Virus record (IMG/VR): IMGVR_UViG_3300032073_000244
Coordinates: 1 to 24,057 of that record
Source: a virus
Lineage: Duplodnaviria; Caudoviricetes
Strand: one strand, 5' to 3'
DNA: 24,057 bases
In this document: in pieces, positions 22,001 to 24,057 of the stretch
Layout: the number at the start of each line of letters is the position of its first letter
How positions within the stretch are numbered: the first letter of the stretch is position 1
Program-made: the position numbers and the translations under genes
Notes under the pieces: model-generated
Databases searched by the model: none
Seen by the model: only the letters and a program-made list of their open reading frames with translations
What the model was told of the DNA's origin: nothing

Positions 22001-23118
22001 ACGGACAAAGATTACGTCCACCAGTGTTTACATACTTAACAAATGATTCAAGTACAGCAACATATGACTTAACTACAACAGCAGACATAGACCATTCTAA
22101 TTTAGTAAAAGGAAATACTAGAGTTTATATTAATGGTGTACAAACTACAAACTATAGTATTGTTGAAGGATCTGACAGTACAATAAAAGCTGTTAAGTTA
22201 GATGAGGCACCTCCGGCTAATTCTAAAATTGATGTAGCAGATGTTACAAATGCTGAATATATTTTATCGTCAGCAACTTCGCTTACAATAACAGGCGGAA
22301 CTTGGACAGGTAATGATGAAGTTTGTGTTACTACATTTAATAATCATAATAACTTGAAAATGACAACTGAAATATTTAAAGGTGGAAGTAGTAATGCTAT
22401 TACAACTAATATTGGATTTGACGTTAGAGGATTTGAAACAGTTAACTTTGATGCTGTAACGGCCAGTGTTGTTAACATAGCAGAATTTAATGTTTTCACA
22501 ACACCAACAGATGTTTCATACTTATGGGTTACTAAGAACGGTGTTAAAATGTTACCAAACCAAGACTATAAACTTGAAGGTGGCAAAATAGTTTTTGCTG
22601 ATACATTGAATGCTAGTGATATTACAATAGTAACTCAGTTTACAGAAGAAGTTATTAAACCAGCTTTAGGATTTAGAATCTTTAAAGATTTATTTGATAA
22701 AAATTATTATTACAGATTATCTAAAGATCATACAACTGAACTAGGAGTAGAGCTAAAATCTACAGATTCAGAGATCACAGTATCTGATATTGATAAACTA
22801 CCAGAACCAAATATAGATAAAGCTATACCAGGTGTGATCTATATAAATGGTGAAAGAATTGAATACCTGGTAATGGATAAAACTACTAAGAAACTATCAA
22901 GGCTTAGAAGAGGAACTAGAGGAACAGGTGTACAAGCTACTCATCCAAAAGGAAGTAATGTGGTAGATATGAGTAACAGGCAAGAAATACCGTCAGCACA
23001 TGATAAAACTTGGTACAAAGTATCAGGTAGTAATGCTAGTAATGGACTTGGGCTACAAAATTCAGATACTCTACAGGCACGTTTCTTGATAGAAAAACCA
23101 ACTTATGTAAAGAGCTAA
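10096..23118 (+). CDS. Giant multidomain baseplate wedge protein (gp7 / P2 gpI-like core with beta-propeller, Ig-like and CBM-like modules), 4340 aa
   Basis: Follows gp6 via TAATG with SD GGAGG at 10079-10083. gp7/gpI-like motifs FYQGMLQEKGT (15691) and YINEVKPYHT (~20266-20295); GSGY..AP.ITVDGG module; C-terminal INGERIEY...LRRGTRGT...H.KGSNV module familiar from T4-like structural proteins. Confidence 0.75.
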   Translation: MAKRKSSSFLPKAYQTERNKKFLSATLDQLLNSSNLTKVDGFIGRRHSPSFKSKDNYLPSTGYRKSYNLEPAIVTKKDSTITSNNTVQSLVGYDDLLHKLQDDGVDITDHNKLFSQEFYNWAGFVNFDPLVNYGSYYWLKDGPASVSVSGGDVKQSGTYNFTFDSDKEEYSITELEGRNPTLYLARGGSYEFDTNHLDEFYIQTEPGEISGQQRITTSKSSREIYGVTNNGGRANLGGEVPSSNVTFTVPALDAQAFYENNLKLLPDVNLVTNIPYKDVQGRRLADLIDQHNGIDDQRVLIGKTVIFLQNDDDVIDNDNWTFKADYSKHPFDRLAFAQEDGTVKQEDRIGIWKISEVDGILVLNKINAVTYDDRVNVVEGTKFAGRTFYRAQETGYVTIVPVITANKDTLYYQHGTNEKAYGTIKIVDADAETIEPDDFLGKSQYTSPNGVVFSNGLKITFDSTINNTLYKNKTFYVEGVGKKIHLVDVTLETPEADLTNKDYITITRGSCDHNAWSRSNRWFHKDIISSTATYNKTTIVVDELNRATRPIIQFDSGIELYNHGIKGVSGVELVDESETDALSVINGAYGYFVDSTNLSVGTKVVFTQDADMQTRKTIWEVSYEDIDSDSTADTLVLKDSGTRVYTGDSIYISKGTLGKGKSFWWDGVNWISAQQKTKVNQSPNYKLFDSKGISFNTESTYPSSDFLGNKLFNYSVGSGKDDPVLGFPIKYRTFNNIGDIQFDNTYGNGTFNFKQETGVGARDTATGFVRIYDPYDKTVSYSNGWTKGISKSRQFQQVEYTVKDPNTKNYDIGAPVNASTNALPNVFVYINNKRTTNFTIEVVNDLNVCQINDTLAVSDSLVIKFIGDTVSKKAFFTIPKNLESNGYNDKFNDITLGQLQNHISALIETNKYFIGSLQGSNNLRDLENYKKTEGLILQHSSPLILPMLLNQYGELNFVEALKYSNIEYEKFKSKFVSALETMDGLDLTNISETVDKIMVNLNSNKSSTFPFYTSDMVPYGADATETLYTVTDDRDKTYELLAVHNNTISSNRAVLIYLNNVQLYYGSEYTFETNSSNVKIIKSLSIGDIIKIVDYSNTLGNYVPATPTKLGLYPKFKPELVSDDTYAETQNVIVGHDGSRTIAYGDTRDAVILELEKRIYNNCKTAYEENVFDIKTHLPSRWRTTDFTVAEVNQILEDEFLRWCTRHRIPYTENTTFNANNSFTWNYKNFTDKISKTLLPQGGWKGLYLHYFDTYSPHTRAWEMFGWSEKPSWWETRYGVAPYTSGNEVLWNDVENGNRYTSVTEYTVDPKYARVNIFSMMPVNEHGEIKPPIDVISGNSEDLSPSHPWVFGDGSPAEMAWRNSSSYAFSLQHLLSLIRPSEYFSQLFNKSQMVRNTLIDQIVMLSTNQRQQPKDLKVDMSTDRHEGCGNFVSEYLRWQNINVTTNLQNILKTLDIKLVHKLQGYTDKKLIKVLAEQVSPTSTSNSVYIPDEDYDIHLHKTGPIKSIPYSGVIVQLNPSGYTVYGYDLNNPKFKTYVPIKNGNFRIHDVDQDRVTEYEEYDESKVVEIPYGYTFTTKQDVADFFFAYQHWLKKQGYDFDNRMEDFGTQKIVANWLMSVKEFLHWSKQGWLQGSVITISPSANRIRCLTTTGVADALSNSQARTNVLNQNYEPMRPGTYKMSRQDNEFELYPNSDNGGIYFVNTKIVEYEHALVFNNITRFNDIVYQPSLGNRQFRVRLVGFKTGGWDGSLTAEGFIYNDGDVPSWSANKDYVRGDIVTYKGSYYTSMSNHTSGNLFVYENWTQTDSFKIGLLPNFDTLGKNFESFYDVNAVNLESETDKYGKGSIGYQNRGYFNKIGLDDVSQVKFYQGMLQEKGTKNAVDKLVRSKFDQISSDISFYEEWAIRQAEYGAVDVNSRVEIKLDEEGFKDNPQIVKTVNSTQAKTSIDSKTEFTTSELFKAPSDLTYDWVPVRKSFVAGHNEKTFYDNLYPNAGYPKLTDADATLYYGDDAATLSSLVKDMKVGYTLWVAEDVDNSWDMKYLDSYGDRVTGCDGGQDGSTYTWTTSDTHSLQVGDIVAIKNYSTKRDGVYVVKTVPNVNSFTTEGTKEVSTEEGDASVLKFISIRYKSTESVSKPKLGWRLNDKFYVDEDEDKRWYVVKRNESYAQQQLLAPLSPIQGERYGEAMCSEYNGQWLVIGQPQLNKFHIYTPQPTDLVQFGVIQSTASNISELGKSVSTGIYEPRSTGQLKYEEWADTSRWVAVGAPNTNSGKGAVLFYYRDTKSGSFLAGTLDQPTGLSASAKFGTKVKMSANGQWCLVSAPGDKKVFVYHRALGTGSETLQQPFTGDGSTTSFILDLSYHNINKAEELYVRVQGQDQVANRDYSYNSTTRIITFTTAPAVGKAISVSDVHGWVMNDTIIGTIDGFGNSLDIDACGRYVVIGNPNQSTVGADSTTRMGSVEVYSRHYESFTADGTSKDFQLTTGDIGMVNNNVYLNGSLLERENSDSTINYAKVDGTSTISFTTAPAKGDEITVWTDNFLPLHSLAPNWPQVDGNFGSSAIRIDEEASTIFVGMPEREGLNENSGIIEIFERTEKWENNVNYLTRTIGSYTTGQSMYINGYRVTATGTDLGEIIKDINDTNIPGVTATGAGTVLTITSSNPRKGSIHVTGDQSGSLHKDLNLHAFSGSKKLELTKNASNFKFGEVIEISREGKQVIVGCPTGSTTIQTHYDNKKTQLDGNSTRFTSERTFTGSVHVFQKLASGYVEADSLYTSSLDVNDQFGYAIAVSKNSLFIGSPSDDHSSGTVDTGKVIHYSKKGDLFTIDEKEQTLVDPDRINKVFLYNSATNKIITYLDYIDPIKGKIIGEAEQEIDFKTSFDPAIYNYTDGTINVNNGSNHWQPTRVGQIWWDLSKVKFIQYEQGNDDYKSTFWGGVFPGSAIQICQWVESSVKPSEFTGGTAKYGDNAYVEIQSINDVTKQLQTKYYFWATEIPQAHSSKNLSITEIYNLIVDPITNKKSFAMFMGKDSVGLANCGQYLEADNVVLAVDYDKKPNDKSLHTEWSLVQESNPKSAIPNELFEKIKDSLAGADSQGNKVPDIKLSAGDRYGIKIRPRQSVFMNRYLAMKEYTNYVNTVIKKYNISDNLDFTLLNSEEPLPETTSGLYNEKVLTFTELGYVRQALHDPGYKVLVETDSEINGRWSIHTLQGDRTWLRTRSQSYDTKKYWKLIDWYDTGYSVDTNIDYRFSNFNDVYKTDMPEDSIIKITTGSDWTLYCKKNNDYTLVGQKGGTMEFITSVYDYISSNLGYDSDGYDFNLLDLEPQIETRNIVETVKKQILVGPLEDEHNKLMFVLLRFALQEQPYVDWIFKTSFVNVKHKLRALDQFPTYQRDNQEFVKEYINEVKPYHTNIREYVLGYNKLETYQGDATDFDLPSSYDKNTKTFRSPNKEQSHDITDINNKDQFKMWRENHSYYIDDLAISIYGFGYQTPPNIIIEPPKNQDGTLVTDGVTATATCTIIDSYVNTITMTNKGSGYLRAPVITVDGGSPTLTAILHAKMKNEQTRKIKETIKFDRIRYSSSVKEWKATTEYTTSDIVQHNGEAYTVNENFTSGTIFDSTKLTIKEDATFDNAMDRTMAYYIPKAGQDGKDLGQIFKGITYPGTKVEGPLFTANPGLDKGGFDSQDFDNFEVDKDGRFVLSDKNIDLDLQSKFNDTQLGLRPEDISVDGSSKFVDAYSSHAPEEFVPGRVFDTLNINVFTAPSRDADGDGALGMPISVINYKGNGTNRIFKFGNVSETGLSPDIFHSSVQKLFVYSKTSGRVPASKYNVRWSDGVIRFNTAPANNEIISITAFGVTGDKLLLDYEYRASGGETKVVLPVAFSLVENNQTFILANGVHATAGTLSTDDGGESTVWTPAVSALSADDLIHFHVFDVPTSSSRTFSKVTVDEFTVNDSTRTFTLTEGSDTDLARVDKIIVELNGQRLRPPVFTYLTNDSSTATYDLTTTADIDHSNLVKGNTRVYINGVQTTNYSIVEGSDSTIKAVKLDEAPPANSKIDVADVTNAEYILSSATSLTITGGTWTGNDEVCVTTFNNHNNLKMTTEIFKGGSSNAITTNIGFDVRGFETVNFDAVTASVVNIAEFNVFTTPTDVSYLWVTKNGVKMLPNQDYKLEGGKIVFADTLNASDITIVTQFTEEVIKPALGFRIFKDLFDKNYYYRLSKDHTTELGVELKSTDSEITVSDIDKLPEPNIDKAIPGVIYINGERIEYLVMDKTTKKLSRLRRGTRGTGVQATHPKGSNVVDMSNRQEIPSAHDKTWYKVSGSNASNGLGLQNSDTLQARFLIEKPTYVKS

Positions 23119-23121
23119 ATA
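23115..23121 (+). promoter_or_regulatory. Possible late promoter (CTAAATA)
   Basis: TAAATA core overlaps the stop codon of the giant gene, at a gene boundary like the other two motifs. Confidence 0.4.
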
Positions 23122-23122
23122 T

Positions 23123-23791
23123 ATGAATAAAGCAAAAGAAGATAGTAAAGATATGAACACAGAAAAAGAAATCAATAAAAAACCAGACGACACAGGTAAC
23201 GTCAATGTTGAGGGTCATATTCGTATATTTGATCCAGAAACCGGCGAAGAATTTGTGAATAAACGTAATGCTATTCATTATGAAAATATAAGTGAAGCAT
23301 TAGCATTATCTTTAGCAAATAAAACAAATGGTTTTATTCATGAATTAGCTTTAGGAAATGGTGGTACAAGTGTTGATCCTACTGGTGTAATTACATATAA
23401 ACCTGCTAATAATAGTGGTACAAACAGCAGTCTTTATAACCAAACATATTACAAAGTAGTAGATACATTATCAGCTTTAAATAATGACAAAAACAGGAAT
23501 AAAATTACAACTACTCACGTGGAGGGTACTGTATATACAGATATTGTTGTTAGCTGTCTATTAGATTATGGCGAACCATCAGATCAATCAGCGTTTGATA
23601 ACACAAATAACTTTGATGGAACTTATGTATTTGACGAATTAGGATTAAAAAGTTGGGTTGGAACAGTTAATACAGGAAAATTATTAACTCATGTTGTATT
23701 CCACCCTGTACAAAAGTCCTTAAACCGCTTAATTGAGATCGAATATACTGTAAGAATTCAAACTTTAACTAATCTGTCGAGCGTAAATTAA
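23123..23791 (+). CDS. Conserved baseplate-associated structural protein (tail-collar/fibre-attachment-like fold); may start at ATG 23153
   Basis: EGHIRIFD...NAIHYEN, LALGNGGT, FDELGL...GKLLTHVVFHPVQKSLNR.IEIEYTVRI pattern; position between gp7-like and fibre-type genes. Confidence 0.6.
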   Translation: MNKAKEDSKDMNTEKEINKKPDDTGNVNVEGHIRIFDPETGEEFVNKRNAIHYENISEALALSLANKTNGFIHELALGNGGTSVDPTGVITYKPANNSGTNSSLYNQTYYKVVDTLSALNNDKNRNKITTTHVEGTVYTDIVVSCLLDYGEPSDQSAFDNTNNFDGTYVFDELGLKSWVGTVNTGKLLTHVVFHPVQKSLNRLIEIEYTVRIQTLTNLSSVN

Positions 23792-23802
23792 TGCTAACGA
23801 TA

Positions 23803-23809
23803 ATAAATA
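23803..23809 (+). promoter_or_regulatory. T4-type late promoter (ATAAATA)
   Basis: In the intergenic gap, upstream of SD GGAG (23817-23820) and ATG 23829. Confidence 0.65.
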
Positions 23810-23828
23810 CTAGTGTGGAGTAAAATAA

Positions 23829-24057
23829 ATGGCATATACAGTTAACAAAACAAGCGGAGCCTTATTAGCTACTGTCAGTGACGGTACTATAGATAATACA
23901 ACTGATCTAATAATGATTGGTAAAAACTATAGTGGTTACGGCGAGTTATTAAATGAAAACTTCGTAAAATTACTAGAGAATTTCTCTAATACATCAGCGC
24001 CATCGAGTCCTTTAGCAGGACAACTTTGGTGGGATAGCACTAACAGTTTACTTAAAG
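23829..24057 (+). CDS. Baseplate/short tail fibre-type structural protein, N-terminal fragment (3'-truncated; absent from the ORF track)
   Basis: Open to the window end: MAYTVNKTSGALLATVSDGTIDNTTDLIMIGKNYSGYGELLNENFVKLLENFSNTSAPSSPLAGQLWWDSTNSLLK. The YGE..NENF..LLENF and P..P..GQLWWD motifs are typical fibre N-termini. SD and late promoter present. Confidence 0.8.
   Translation, partial: MAYTVNKTSGALLATVSDGTIDNTTDLIMIGKNYSGYGELLNENFVKLLENFSNTSAPSSPLAGQLWWDSTNSLLK

Noticed and set aside
10096-23118. Intein, intron or homing endonuclease explaining the giant gene
   Set aside because: No LAGLIDADG, HNH or intein splice-junction pattern recognised; length is accounted for by structural modules.
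124-23278. Short overlapping ORFs from the track (60-112 aa, e.g. 124-423, 3048-3326, 5025-5240, 12305-12622, 21750-22088)
   Set aside because: All lie within long, well-supported genes on another frame or strand and show no recognisable motifs; treated as shadow ORFs.
1-24057. Bacterial T6SS or extracellular contractile injection system (VgrG, PAAR, gp25, baseplate J all present)
   Set aside because: T4-like gene order, late-promoter motifs, giant gp7-like protein and fibre gene fit a myovirus; no membrane complex or ATPase genes are in view. The window alone cannot formally exclude it.
1-24057. Stop-codon reassignment as in some jumbo phages
   Set aside because: Genes are full-length in the standard code and TAG ends gp25 and the radical SAM gene at sensible positions.
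1-24057. CRISPR array, tRNA, or diversity-generating retroelement repeats
   Set aside because: Intergenic gaps are under about 45 bp, no long nucleotide-level repeats were seen by eye and no reverse transcriptase is present; a self dot-plot would confirm.

Overview
AT-rich, almost fully coding segment of a large T4-like/jumbo myovirus (contractile-tailed phage), covering the baseplate module. + strand order: hub protein (gp27-like, 5'-truncated), central spike (gp5-like, no lysozyme domain), separate CHAP/NlpC-type cell-wall peptidase, PAAR spike tip, gp25, gp6, a 4340-aa gp7-like wedge protein, a 222-aa conserved structural protein and the start of a fibre-type protein missed by the ORF track. 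The one non-structural gene is a radical SAM enzyme with a Cys-rich SPASM/twitch-like tail, lying antisense between PAAR and gp25. It shares with gp25 a palindromic ATAAATATTTAT element that reads as a T4-type late promoter on both strands, so it may be a late, virion-related modification enzyme. Candidate modification tags are visible in the structural proteins (Ser/Gly-rich tails ending in Tyr; recurrent Asp-Ser-Thr). All family assignments come from motif recognition by eye, with no database searches.
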